A stretch of 64,000 nucleotides of DNA from Lentisphaeria bacterium UBA1724 (GTDB lineage: Bacteria > Verrucomicrobiota > Lentisphaeria > Oligosphaerales > Oligosphaeraceae): assembly GCA_002315885.1 (NCBI GenBank), contig DCIO01000110.1:201-64200 (forward strand), read 5' to 3'. Made by a program: the position numbers and the translations under genes. The notes below the pieces were generated by a model. The model did no database searches and was not told where the DNA came from. It saw nothing but the letters and a program-made list of their open reading frames with translations. Positions within the stretch are counted from its first letter, which is position 1, and every line of letters starts with the position of its first letter. This document shows positions 24,582 to 34,103 of this stretch, one piece after another.

Positions 24582-27500
24582 CTACTTCAGCGGTTTCAGG
24601 TAGAGGATTGCGGGGGTGTATGCCTTTACGGGGATTGCCAGGCGGCGGTTCTCGCCAAGGGGGATTTCCTGGTCGGTTTCGGCATTGACGACGGTGTAGT
24701 CTTCGGGGAGGATGAATTCGCCGGTGGCGTCCTGGTCGGTCAGATTTCCCACCAGGAGCATGGCCTGGTTGTCGGCGCGCTTGATGAAGCAGCAACGGAC
24801 GCCCTGGGTGAGTTCCTTCACGGGGTTTCCCTTCATCCAGCAGGGGTAGACTTCCGTGGTGGGGTCGCCGTAGCCGAAATCCCAGACTGTATCGCGCTGC
24901 TTGAAGAAGTGCGCGTTGCGTGTGATGCCGGCATCAGTCTGTGCCAGCAGTCCGTATGCGAAGGTCAGGGCCAGGGCGGATTGTGTAGCGGCAGTGCCAT
25001 TGGCACCTGAGGAATTGACGATGACGAATGGGGTGACGCCAGTCTGGGTGCCCAGGGTGTCGGTCTGGATGAAGGCATCGGAGAAGCGTTGTGGGAAGGG
25101 CTTGTCTCCGAAATTCATTTCCCAGTCCAGGCCATGGGATGCCAGGGAGAGCCATGGGACTACATTGCAGTCGGTGAGGTGGATCATCAGGATGGGGCGC
25201 CCATTGAGCATCAGGCCGTGCTCCAGGGATGTTACGGAGACGCGTCGGATGAGCTCGCGAATCTTGAAGAAGTGCCAGATGGGTACTGCCTGGGTATCGT
25301 AGGGCGTCAGTTCTGGGTCTTCGCAGAAGGTATCGTAGAGGTTGTCCAAGTAGAGGCCCTTCCAGCCCTTGTCGATGAGTCTCAGGGTATTCCACAGGAG
25401 GAAGTCGATGTAGCTCTCTCCTGGTAACCCCGCGTATTCGTCGCGGTAGTTCTTTGCGGGGCGCCAGGCGCCCATATACCATTCGTCGATATACATGGAC
25501 CACTCGGGCCAGCTGGGGCAGGATGCCTTGGGGTTCATGTATGCCAGGTTGATGTGGGTGTTCTTCCAGAAACGGCAACCCTGGTACATTCGTGTGACCA
25601 AGTCGTCTCCCACCTCGGGGGTGCCTGTCTTCCAGATGCTGAAATTCTCGTCAGTAATGCCATTCTTTTCCAGGTATTTCTGGGAGAATTCACGGACTTC
25701 CTCCTCGGTTTCCCAGTTTTCTGCGGCCATGTAATCCACGAAGGACCAGTCGTCGTTGGGGACCTGTGCGACACCGTCGTCCACCCGTGCGCACATGAAG
25801 CGTATGTAGTTTGCGATATTGTATTCCAGGCAGATTGCCTGCTTGGGATTTTGTGCGTTGTGCATGGTTCCGCACTGCTTGCGCCAGGCGGGATCCTGGG
25901 GGCGGGTGGGAGTGGCCTGCAGGGCGAAGATGATTTCACGAGGCGCATTCAGCTCAAAGGGCTTGTTGGCCAGATTCAGACGCAGGGTGGTAGTCTCGCC
26001 TTTGCGGATGATTTCCTGTGCGGAGGTGTTTTCGGAGCGCTCCCAGTTGAGTGGCGTTTCGCAGATGAATGCCATGCCGCGGTAGGTTTCACCCAACCAG
26101 ATGTAGGGACGGAAGCCACCATGGCGGTATTGCTTCTCGCTCTCGTCCCGGCTGCCCCAGACCACGCCATCCTCCGTGGCGAGGGTCTTGTGGATATTCT
26201 TGCGCATGCCGTTGCCCAGGGCGCAGACATACTTGACATCCTCGCTCTTTAGGGGGATGTCGATGCGGACGTCAGAGAGCTTGACGGGCTTGGCCGTGGG
26301 TTCGATGACCATGGTGATTTTGCAGAAGCCATCGAAGTCGTATTCCTGGTGGAGACGCACGCGGACGCCTTTGTCGCTGACAAGCACGCTCTCCAGAACC
26401 ACCCGGTCTTCCGCGGTTTCCAACACTACGGGGGCGCCTTCGGGACGGGCGACCGTGCCGTCAATGGTCATCTGGACAGGGGCTGACAGGAGTTCGCCGC
26501 CCTTTGCCTGGATGGAATCCCAGAGTGCGTTGCCCAGATGATATGCGGTCTGTAGGCCAGAGATGGTCTCGTTGGCGTAGGTCAGGGGGATGTATGGTGG
26601 CAGGACGGTGCGTTTGAGACCGATGTTCAATCCCTGCCAGGGGAATTTCTGGATGGTGAAATCCCGCTTGAGGAGCAAGGTCTCGCCATCTTTGTTCTGC
26701 ATTTCCGCCAGGATGTCGTACTTTCCCAGAGGTAGCTCGGGGAGTTCCCAGCGGGATTGGAAATTTGTTGCCGACTGCTGGGTATAGACGGTGCCGTCTT
26801 CTCCTACGATTTTGAAGGAGATTTGCTGGAGGGCGTCGAGCTTCTCCTGGCTGACACAGGTGACGCGCGCCTTGGCGATGCGCTTGGTGGGATAGACTCC
26901 GATGTCCAGTACGTATGGCGGGTCGGGATCCACGAATGCCACGCCGGCGTTGTAATGCCAGGTGAAGTCGCGACGATAGAGGAGTTTCCCGTCCTTGAGG
27001 TCGGTGATGGTGGAGGTGATGGTGCGGTCCAGGGGTGTGAGGATGGCACGAAGTGTGGTGGTGATTTCCTTGCCCGCCTCGGGTGCCAGTTCGGTATTCA
27101 GGTGGCTGGGGGGCTCGATGGAGACCATCAGCGCGGAGACCTTGACTTTGGGTGCGTCAACGCCTGGATTTGCGGCGGACCACTGGATTTCGTAGCCAGC
27201 GCCCTTCCAGCGATTACCGAAGGTCTTGAAGCCCACCACGGGGATGCCCGCCTGGGGAACGAATGTGCCCGCGTCGCCCCAGGACCAGGTCACCAACTCG
27301 TGAAGATTCTGGAATTCACGGGTGATCTGCAAGCGGTATTCCGTGCCGTCATCAATGCCTTTCAGCCCGAAAGCGCTCCAGGGAATCGCGGCTTCGAAGT
27401 CCAGGACGCCCTTGCTCTGGGTCGCCCGGGAAATCACGCCATCCACCTGGCACGAGCCGTCAGTCTCGAAGACAATTTGCATCATGGAGTCTTTTCCGAA

Positions 27501-27809
27501 GGCGACGATGATTCGGTCGTCCTTGGAAAGGACCATGGGTTCGGGAGGCAGTTCGCTCTTCTGGGAGATGAAGAGGTAGTCCGCGTTGTAGCCGATGTTG
27601 TGATGTACATCACGACGGCTCAGCATGCCCGTCTCCTGGGAATAGGAGCCAAAGCTGGGGGAGGACATCACCCATTCCTCCAGTCCCGATTTGCCGTCAA
27701 CGACGGGCGCCTGGGGCATGGGAGGCAGGCGGAGATAGGCGGTGCTTGGCGGTTCCAGGGCAAAGAGACCAAGGGCAACGGCGAGCAAAAGGAGGGGGAT
27801 GCGCTTCAT
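24582..27809 (-). CDS. Large secreted protein, DUF6067-like putative glycoside hydrolase; paralogue of 21398..24577
   Basis: 1075 aa with signal peptide MKRIPLLLLAVALGLFA. Same domain order as the downstream paralogue; only 4 nt separate the two genes. Confidence 0.6.
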   Translation of the reverse strand: MKRIPLLLLAVALGLFALEPPSTAYLRLPPMPQAPVVDGKSGLEEWVMSSPSFGSYSQETGMLSRRDVHHNIGYNADYLFISQKSELPPEPMVLSKDDRIIVAFGKDSMMQIVFETDGSCQVDGVISRATQSKGVLDFEAAIPWSAFGLKGIDDGTEYRLQITREFQNLHELVTWSWGDAGTFVPQAGIPVVGFKTFGNRWKGAGYEIQWSAANPGVDAPKVKVSALMVSIEPPSHLNTELAPEAGKEITTTLRAILTPLDRTITSTITDLKDGKLLYRRDFTWHYNAGVAFVDPDPPYVLDIGVYPTKRIAKARVTCVSQEKLDALQQISFKIVGEDGTVYTQQSATNFQSRWELPELPLGKYDILAEMQNKDGETLLLKRDFTIQKFPWQGLNIGLKRTVLPPYIPLTYANETISGLQTAYHLGNALWDSIQAKGGELLSAPVQMTIDGTVARPEGAPVVLETAEDRVVLESVLVSDKGVRVRLHQEYDFDGFCKITMVIEPTAKPVKLSDVRIDIPLKSEDVKYVCALGNGMRKNIHKTLATEDGVVWGSRDESEKQYRHGGFRPYIWLGETYRGMAFICETPLNWERSENTSAQEIIRKGETTTLRLNLANKPFELNAPREIIFALQATPTRPQDPAWRKQCGTMHNAQNPKQAICLEYNIANYIRFMCARVDDGVAQVPNDDWSFVDYMAAENWETEEEVREFSQKYLEKNGITDENFSIWKTGTPEVGDDLVTRMYQGCRFWKNTHINLAYMNPKASCPSWPEWSMYIDEWYMGAWRPAKNYRDEYAGLPGESYIDFLLWNTLRLIDKGWKGLYLDNLYDTFCEDPELTPYDTQAVPIWHFFKIRELIRRVSVTSLEHGLMLNGRPILMIHLTDCNVVPWLSLASHGLDWEMNFGDKPFPQRFSDAFIQTDTLGTQTGVTPFVIVNSSGANGTAATQSALALTFAYGLLAQTDAGITRNAHFFKQRDTVWDFGYGDPTTEVYPCWMKGNPVKELTQGVRCCFIKRADNQAMLLVGNLTDQDATGEFILPEDYTVVNAETDQEIPLGENRRLAIPVKAYTPAILYLKPLK

Positions 27810-28128
27810 GATTGTGTTTTTGGGGAAAGAATGGATATAAATCTTGTATTATTGTAATTCTATGAAAATATAATCAAAAATCAAGCGATGGTTGATAATT
27901 CTGTGAGAATTTTTCTCGAAGCTCTCGCTTCGCGCACACGACTGCTTCGAGCACACGACTGCGGCGCCCGCCAACCTGACCGCAATGCAATATATTACGG
28001 AAAATCGCGGGACAGAAGTCTCGTGGCGGTGATAGAAATTGCCGGAAATAGCCGAATAATCTTGGATAACGGTCTGTCTGAAGACAGGCACTGCTATCCC
28101 CGCATGGGGAGCATATTTTGGTGTTTCC

Positions 28129-28875
28129 ATGTCGTTCCCCGCGTCTCGCCGTCCATTTACGCTTATTGAGTTATTGGTCGTCATTGCAATTATCGCGATT
28201 TTGGCGGCCATGCTCCTGCCGGCACTTTCTTCTTCTCGAGAACATGCCCGCGCTGTCGGTTGCGTATCGAATATGAAGCAACTGTCGTTGGTTTACTTAT
28301 TCTACTGCAATGACTACGAGGATTATCTTCCCTGCCTGAATAACCTGAATCCAGGAGGAACAAACAGCTATGGACAGACAATCACTGCCAAAAACTGGCT
28401 GGATGACCTGGTAGCGCAATACTTGGGAAACAAGCAGGCATCCGTCAATCCGTCAAAAGTGCTTCGTTGTCCCGATGAAATGACCCAAGAGGACATCACG
28501 ACCAACTACGGCCTGAACTACCTCATTGCTTCCAATGGAAACGGAAGTCTGAAGATCACGACTTTTCCCAATCACGCACAGACAAGCATGCTCGTGGAAA
28601 ACTATGGACATCTCTGTTATTATTGCTTCACGCAGAATACTACGGGTATGCACGCGACAGGCAGCGCTTACGCTACCAACAGAGCACCATTCTTCCGCCA
28701 TAAAAAGTGCACCCGATGCGTTACGGCATTCCTTGATGGTCATTGCGAGCAATTGGAAAAGAAGCGAATCCCGTGCATGGAAAGTTATCCAGAGACAGAA
28801 GAGGCTATCTTGAGAAACACGTGGTTCAATATGGGGAAAGTCGTGGAGACCACACTGACGATTGAAGGACTCTAG
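28129..28875 (+). CDS. Prepilin-type N-terminal cleavage/methylation domain protein (DUF1559 / HX9DG-like family)
   Basis: [24 protein letters not shown] pilin-like N-terminus. C-terminal [16 protein letters not shown] resembles the H-X9-DG motif (here H-X11-DG). Confidence 0.85.
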   Translation: MSFPASRRPFTLIELLVVIAIIAILAAMLLPALSSSREHARAVGCVSNMKQLSLVYLFYCNDYEDYLPCLNNLNPGGTNSYGQTITAKNWLDDLVAQYLGNKQASVNPSKVLRCPDEMTQEDITTNYGLNYLIASNGNGSLKITTFPNHAQTSMLVENYGHLCYYCFTQNTTGMHATGSAYATNRAPFFRHKKCTRCVTAFLDGHCEQLEKKRIPCMESYPETEEAILRNTWFNMGKVVETTLTIEGL

Positions 28876-28930
28876 GCTTTCCGAAGGGACCGTCAAACCG
28901 CCATTACGGTCGGGGGGACGGGCGCCGCCC

Positions 28931-29058
28931 TTTTTCGACGGCGGGGACGCCGTCGGTACACCCCTTTTCGACGGCGGGGACGCCGTCGGTACATCCCTTT
29001 TTCGACGGCGGGGACGCCGTCGGTACACCCCTTTTCGACGGCGGGGACGCCGTCGGGA
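28931..29058. repeat. Four tandem 33/34-bp units, each with an 8-bp-stem GGGA-tetraloop hairpin
   Basis: TTTTCGACGGCGGGGACGCCGTCGGTACACCCC x4. Hairpins CGACGGCG-GGGA-CGCCGTCG at 28936, 28969, 29003 and 29036. Lies between convergent genes. Confidence 0.9.
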
Positions 29059-29066
29059 CTTCCTGG

Positions 29067-29483
29067 TTACTTTTCTTGTTCGAGATATTTAGTCAGTTCA
29101 GCGACTGCCATTTGGATAAGTCTGGTGGTATTGTAGTCTGAGATACCGACCACGATATTTTCGCATTGGTTGAAGGGGATCAGGATGCGTCTGGCGTTGC
29201 TTTGGGCGACAGCCAATGCCATGGCGGGGGTGATTTCGCCATACATGGCATCTGCGATGACAATTCCCAGGGGGCCAATGATGACATCTGCGGTGCGGCA
29301 AGCCACGATGACCGCGTTTTCGCCGGTTGCGGCGTGAGTCGCACCTGCCTTTAACATGACGCTGGCGGCGACGCTGTTTGTGCCGACGGCGAGGATGTCC
29401 ATTTCGGGGTAGGCGTTACGGATGGCGGAAACCAGTTGTTTCCCCAGTCCGCCACCATGTGCATCAATAATCAGTATTTTCAT
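29067..29483 (-). CDS. DUF3842-family protein
   Basis: 138 aa from MKILIIDAHGGGLGKQLV...GTNSVAASVMLKAGA...TGENAV...GPLGIV, matching the DUF3842 pattern I remember. The longer ORF (to 29717) overlaps the next gene. Confidence 0.75.
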   Translation of the reverse strand: MKILIIDAHGGGLGKQLVSAIRNAYPEMDILAVGTNSVAASVMLKAGATHAATGENAVIVACRTADVIIGPLGIVIADAMYGEITPAMALAVAQSNARRILIPFNQCENIVVGISDYNTTRLIQMAVAELTKYLEQEK

Positions 29484-29556
29484 AATGAAAACAAAACATC
29501 CCCGAGTGGAGAATGACGCGCTCGGGGATGTCGGGGGTAATTGCCAGGCAGCAGAG

Positions 29557-31194
29557 TTACTTGATTTCGTTCTGCATGGCGACCAATTGGTCCGCGCCAT
29601 ACATCTTGCGCAGTTTGGGTTTCTCAATCTTGCCCGTGGGATTCCGAGGAACCTCTGCGAAGATGAGCTTCTTGGGGCGCTGGTAGCGAGGCAGTGCCAG
29701 GCAGAATTCCTCCACATCGGCCTCGGTTAGCTTGCAGTCTGGCTTGACCTCGATGATGGCGGCGGCAATTTCGCCCAGTCGTGCATCGGGAAGACCGATG
29801 ACCGCCACATCCTTGATGGCGTTGTTCTTGCGGAGGAAGTCCTCGATTTGGACAGGGTAGAGGTTTTCGCCGCCAGTGATGATGACGTCCTTCTTGCGGT
29901 CCACCAGATAGATGAAGCCGTCCTCGGACATCTTAGCCATATCCCCGGTGAAGAGCCAGCCGTTATCCAGGACTTCCTTGGTAGCCTTTTCGTCCTTGTA
30001 GTAGCATCGCATGACGCCGTCGCCCTTCAGTGCCAGTTCGCCCACTTCGCCGGGAGCCACATCCTGGTGTTTTTCGTCCACGATGCGTGTCTGCCAGCCG
30101 TATCCCGGGATGCCGATTGCGCCCACGTGGTCGATATTTTCCACGCCCAGGTGGACCGCGCCTGGTCCGATGGACTCGCTGAGGCCGTAGTTGGTGTCAT
30201 ACTGGTGTTTCGGGAAGAGTGTCTTCCAGCGCTTGATGAGGCTGGGTGGGACGGGCTGTGCGCCGATGTGCATCAGCCGCCACTGCTCCAGTTCGTAGTG
30301 GCTCAGTTCGATTTCGCCTCGTTCGATGGCATCCAGGATATCCTGGGCCCAGGGAACCAGCAACCAGACGATGGTGCAGTGTTCGTGGGAGACGGTGTGG
30401 ATGATCCACTCTGGCTTGGTGCCTTTCAGCAGGACTGCCTTGCCACCCACCAGGAAGCTGCCGAACCAGTGCATCTTGGCGCCTGTGTGGTAGAGGGGCG
30501 GGATGCAGAGGAAGACGTCGTCCCGTGTCTGGCCGTGGTGATTCTGCTCCACCTTCGCCGCGTGCACCAGGCTGCGGTGTGGATGGACAATCGCCTTGGG
30601 GAAGCCCGTGGTGCCGCTGGAGAAGTAGATGGCGGCATTCATGTCGTCAGTCAACTTGACGCCAGGTGCGTCGCTGGAGCAGTGTGATACCAGTGAGTAG
30701 TATGGCTCCGCGAAAGAGGGGCAGTCACCACCCACGTAGAGCAGTGTGGTGGGACGGGAGAAGCGGTCGCAGATGGCTTCCACGCGGCCGATGAATTCCG
30801 GTCCGAAAATCAGCACATCCACATCTGCCAGATTCAGGCAGTAGCGGATGTCGTCGGAGGAATAGCGGAAATTCAGGGGCACCGCCATGCAGCCGCTCTT
30901 CAGGATGCCGAAATAGATGGGCAGCCACTCCAGGCAGTTCATCAGCAAAATGCCGACTTTGGCACCACGGGGCAGACGGCGGGTCAGGAGGAAATTCGCC
31001 AGGCGGTTGGCCTTCTGGTCAAATTCACGCCAGGTCATCTCAGAACGGAAGGTATCCACGGAGCTGGGCTCAATCAGAGAATACTCACGCCAGGATGTGT
31101 GGCGCTTCTCTAGCTCCTGAGGATTGATTTCCACTAACGCGACATCGTCGCCGTATTTCTGGGCATTCTGCTCCAGGATTTCTGTGATGGGCAT
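29557..31194 (-). CDS. AMP-dependent acyl-CoA synthetase / long-chain fatty-acid-CoA ligase
   Basis: YFSSGTTGFPKAI AMP-binding motif, TGDMAKMSEDGFIYLVDRKKDVIITGGENLYP, PRNPTGKIEK. Start set at MPITEILEQNAQKYG (31194); the upstream extension runs through repeat DNA. Confidence 0.88.
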   Translation of the reverse strand: MPITEILEQNAQKYGDDVALVEINPQELEKRHTSWREYSLIEPSSVDTFRSEMTWREFDQKANRLANFLLTRRLPRGAKVGILLMNCLEWLPIYFGILKSGCMAVPLNFRYSSDDIRYCLNLADVDVLIFGPEFIGRVEAICDRFSRPTTLLYVGGDCPSFAEPYYSLVSHCSSDAPGVKLTDDMNAAIYFSSGTTGFPKAIVHPHRSLVHAAKVEQNHHGQTRDDVFLCIPPLYHTGAKMHWFGSFLVGGKAVLLKGTKPEWIIHTVSHEHCTIVWLLVPWAQDILDAIERGEIELSHYELEQWRLMHIGAQPVPPSLIKRWKTLFPKHQYDTNYGLSESIGPGAVHLGVENIDHVGAIGIPGYGWQTRIVDEKHQDVAPGEVGELALKGDGVMRCYYKDEKATKEVLDNGWLFTGDMAKMSEDGFIYLVDRKKDVIITGGENLYPVQIEDFLRKNNAIKDVAVIGLPDARLGEIAAAIIEVKPDCKLTEADVEEFCLALPRYQRPKKLIFAEVPRNPTGKIEKPKLRKMYGADQLVAMQNEIK

Positions 31195-31309
31195 GACTGA
31201 CTCCTTATAATCAAAATCTTCCGCATGAAAGCGGCAAACCGATAGTATAAAGGCAATTGCACGTTTTTCACATGGATTCGGCGGCTTTTTCGGGTTTCTT
31301 TGGGAGGAA

Positions 31310-31339
31310 TAGGACGGATAGGACGGATAGGACGGATAG
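31310..31339. repeat. Tandem nonamer array (TAGGACGGA) x3.3 in divergent intergenic region
   Basis: taggacgga x3 plus tag read directly. Same unit and same orientation as 16632-16685. Lies 115 nt upstream of the minus-strand acyl-CoA synthetase start. Confidence 0.9.
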
Positions 31340-31415
31340 ATGAACGCATAATGGGAAACGATATACATTATCCACACACGTTTCTACAAAAATGCATTGA
31401 TAGAATCATCATCCC

Positions 31416-32510
31416 ATGAAATCCATTTTACTGCTGTTTTCTTTTGTTTCCTTTGTCGTCATGGCTGCTGAATTCTCTGAACTCCAACCCGCCAGCGGTT
31501 CTCAAGTCGAGTTGCTCAAGGGCAAGCACATCGCATTCCTGGATGGTCGTGCAGAACGCCAGGCGAAGAATTTCACGGAATGGGTCGAAATGAAGGAATT
31601 GGTCTCCAATCCCCATGACGATTGCCAGCCTCAGCCCGTGGTCTTTCGTTGGCAGGTTTCGGAGGGTGTGGTCCCCCTGCGGTTGGTCTTGACGGGGGAC
31701 ACCTTCGTCCGTCGGGTGGATATCCAGGGGAAGAATTCCGTGGAGGTCTACAATCTGATGGCGGGGGTGGATTACCGCTGGTACCTGGAAGGGGTTGACG
31801 CAGCTGGTACGCCAGTACGCTCCGCCATCAATTCCTTCCAGACTTCTCCCCGTCCACCCCGGCTCATCCGTTTGCCTGGCATCTCCAATGTGCGTGATTT
31901 CGGTGGTTGGAAGACCGCCGACGGCAAGTATGTCATTCGGCAGGGGTTGCTCTATCGCGGCGGCGAGTTCGACGGACATCAGCATATCACACCCGAAGGG
32001 CTGGAGGTCCTCAAGAACGATCTGCGACTCAAGACGGACCTGGATTTGCGTGGCATGGCGGAAATCGAAAAGGGCATGCCGGAATACCCCCTGGCCTCCA
32101 TCGGAGTTCAGTTGATTCACAAGCCCATGCCGGGAAGCGAGTATGCCACGCTCCGGCACAAGAAGGCCGTGGCGGAACTCATGCACATCCTGGCAAATCC
32201 CGCGGTCTATCCCCTCTATACGCATTGCTGGGGCGGCGCCGACCGCACTGGCGAACTCATCATGCTCCTTCAGGCAATCTTGGGAGTGGGCGACGAAGAA
32301 CTCTTCGATGACTACGAAATGACCTCCTTCGGACGCTGGGGAGAACGCTCCAGGCACAGCGAGGTCTATACCAAAGTACTCGCCGCATTGGCGGAATACG
32401 GAGACGACAATACGCCTATCTCCATCAAGGCAGAGGCATTCCTCAAGGACGGCGGACTCTCACAGCAGGATATCGATACACTCCGGGCTATCTTCTTGAA
32501 GAAGCTCTAA
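31416..32510 (+). CDS. Secreted protein-tyrosine-phosphatase-like protein (CX5R, Y_phosphatase3-type)
   Basis: Signal peptide MKSILLLFSFVSFVVMA. N-terminal beta-sandwich-like part. C-terminal HCWGGADRTG P-loop (C-X5-R). Confidence 0.7.
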   Translation: MKSILLLFSFVSFVVMAAEFSELQPASGSQVELLKGKHIAFLDGRAERQAKNFTEWVEMKELVSNPHDDCQPQPVVFRWQVSEGVVPLRLVLTGDTFVRRVDIQGKNSVEVYNLMAGVDYRWYLEGVDAAGTPVRSAINSFQTSPRPPRLIRLPGISNVRDFGGWKTADGKYVIRQGLLYRGGEFDGHQHITPEGLEVLKNDLRLKTDLDLRGMAEIEKGMPEYPLASIGVQLIHKPMPGSEYATLRHKKAVAELMHILANPAVYPLYTHCWGGADRTGELIMLLQAILGVGDEELFDDYEMTSFGRWGERSRHSEVYTKVLAALAEYGDDNTPISIKAEAFLKDGGLSQQDIDTLRAIFLKKL

Positions 32511-32572
32511 CGGGGACTGACATAAATCGTTTGAAGCTCCGCCGCCTTTCGCCTTTCCGCGGTTCTGGAATG

Positions 32573-32624
32573 CCCCTCGTTTCGCCGGGTTGACGCCCGC
32601 TACACGAGGGGCGCACCTACGGGG
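32573..32624 (+). repeat. Second interspersed element family (CCCCTCGT...ACGAGGGG), copy 2
   Basis: cccctcgtttcgccgggttgacgcccgctacacgaggggcgcacctacgggg. Aligns with 20249-20300 with few substitutions. Confidence 0.8.
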
Positions 32625-32695
32625 ACCTGAACGGTCCCCCTCTGCTCTTCCGCGCCTCGGGGGCGGTTGCGCCCCTTGAGGAACGTAGAGCAAAC

Positions 32696-32734
32696 AAAAA
32701 TCCCCGGGTGGTTTGGGACCGCTCGGGGATTTTT
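32696..32734. terminator. Bidirectional rho-independent terminator between phosphatase gene (+) and purA (-)
   Basis: AAAAATCCCCG-ggtggtttgggaccgct-CGGGGATTTTT: A-run/stem/T-run symmetric. Confidence 0.6.
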
Positions 32735-32755
32735 CGTTTGTATTGATATGGGGGA

Positions 32756-34036
32756 CTAGAACATCTTCATGCGTGTGATGGTCTTGTCACGTTCGGGACC
32801 CACGGAGACGATGCCCACGGGTGCGCCCGCCACTTCGCCGATGCGCTCCACGTACTTCTTGCAGTTTTCGGGGAGTTCGTCGTAGGTCTTGCATTCGGTG
32901 GTGGACTGCATCCAGCCGGGCAGGGTCTCGTAGATGGGTTCAACAGCGCCCAGGACCTTCAGGCTGGCGGGGAATTCCTTCATCACTTCGCCGTTGTAGC
33001 GATAGCCCACGCAGACCTTGATTTCGGGGAAGGTGTCCAGGATGTCCAGGCGGGTGAGGGCGATGCAATCCAGTCCATTGAGCTGGACGGCATAGCGGAC
33101 CACGGAGAGATCCAGCCATCCGCAGCGGCGTGGACGGCCGGTGGTGGCGCCGTATTCGTGGGCGATTTCGCGGATGCGGTTACCCGTTTCGTCCAGCAAT
33201 TCAGTGGGGAAGGGGCCCTCGCCGACGCGTGTGCCGTATGCCTTGACCACGCCCACCACCTTCTGGATGTGCTTGGGACCGATGCCCAGGCCCACGCAGA
33301 CTGCGCCTGCGGTGGGATGGGAGCTGGTGACGAAGGGGTAGGTGCCGTGGGAGAGATCCAGCATGGCGGCCTGTGCGCCCTCGAAGAGGATCTTCTTGTC
33401 CTGGGCGATGAGTTCGGAGACCAGTGCGCCAGTGTCGCAGACGTATGGGCGGAGCTTGTCGGCATAGCCACAGTATTCGTTGTAGATGGTGTCGAAATCG
33501 AAGGGCTTTTCGCCGAAGGCTTCCAGGATGCGGTTCTTGTATGCCAGGGCGTTCTTCAGCTCTTCCGCAAATGCCTCCTTGTCCATCCAGGAGACCACGC
33601 GGATGCCGATGCGGTCGGCGGCGTCTGCATAGCAGGGACCGATGCCACGGCCGGTGGTGCCGACTTTGCCAGTGCCCTTCAGGCGCTCCTGAAGGCCGTC
33701 AAAGACTTTATGATAGGGCATGACCACGTGGGCGCGGTTGGAAATGCGCAGGCCATCCCAGCTCTTGCCAGTGGCTTCCAGGGCGGACAACTCCTGCAGG
33801 AGGACCACGGGATCCAGGACCACGTCATTGCCGATGATGCAGGTGCATCCCGAGTAGAGAATGCCCGAAGGAAGCAGGTGCAGCTTGTAGGTATTGCCGT
33901 CTGCGACGACCGTGTGACCCGCGTTGCTACCGCCCTGATAACGGGCGACCACATCTGCCTGGGAGGCCAGGTAGTCCACGATTTTGCCTTTGCCTTCGTC
34001 GCCCCATTGGGTTCCGACTACTACGATGGTTGACAT
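32756..34036 (-). CDS. purA: Adenylosuccinate synthase
   Basis: MSTIVVVGTQWGDEGKGKIVD, GGSNAGHTV, TTGRGIGP, GATTGRPRRCGW. 426 aa from the ATG at 34036; the listed 550-aa ORF is an upstream over-extension. Confidence 0.93.
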   Translation of the reverse strand: MSTIVVVGTQWGDEGKGKIVDYLASQADVVARYQGGSNAGHTVVADGNTYKLHLLPSGILYSGCTCIIGNDVVLDPVVLLQELSALEATGKSWDGLRISNRAHVVMPYHKVFDGLQERLKGTGKVGTTGRGIGPCYADAADRIGIRVVSWMDKEAFAEELKNALAYKNRILEAFGEKPFDFDTIYNEYCGYADKLRPYVCDTGALVSELIAQDKKILFEGAQAAMLDLSHGTYPFVTSSHPTAGAVCVGLGIGPKHIQKVVGVVKAYGTRVGEGPFPTELLDETGNRIREIAHEYGATTGRPRRCGWLDLSVVRYAVQLNGLDCIALTRLDILDTFPEIKVCVGYRYNGEVMKEFPASLKVLGAVEPIYETLPGWMQSTTECKTYDELPENCKKYVERIGEVAGAPVGIVSVGPERDKTITRMKMF

Positions 34037-34103
34037 GTTGGTTTTCTCCTTTATGGATTGGAAAGAAATTGTTTGCCGGGCGACGACGTGTTGGCAGTCG
34101 TCA

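Noticed and set aside
28931-29058. Possible CRISPR array (palindromic repeats)
   Set aside because: The units are directly tandem with no unique spacers, and no cas genes are nearby. It is a tandem hairpin repeat.
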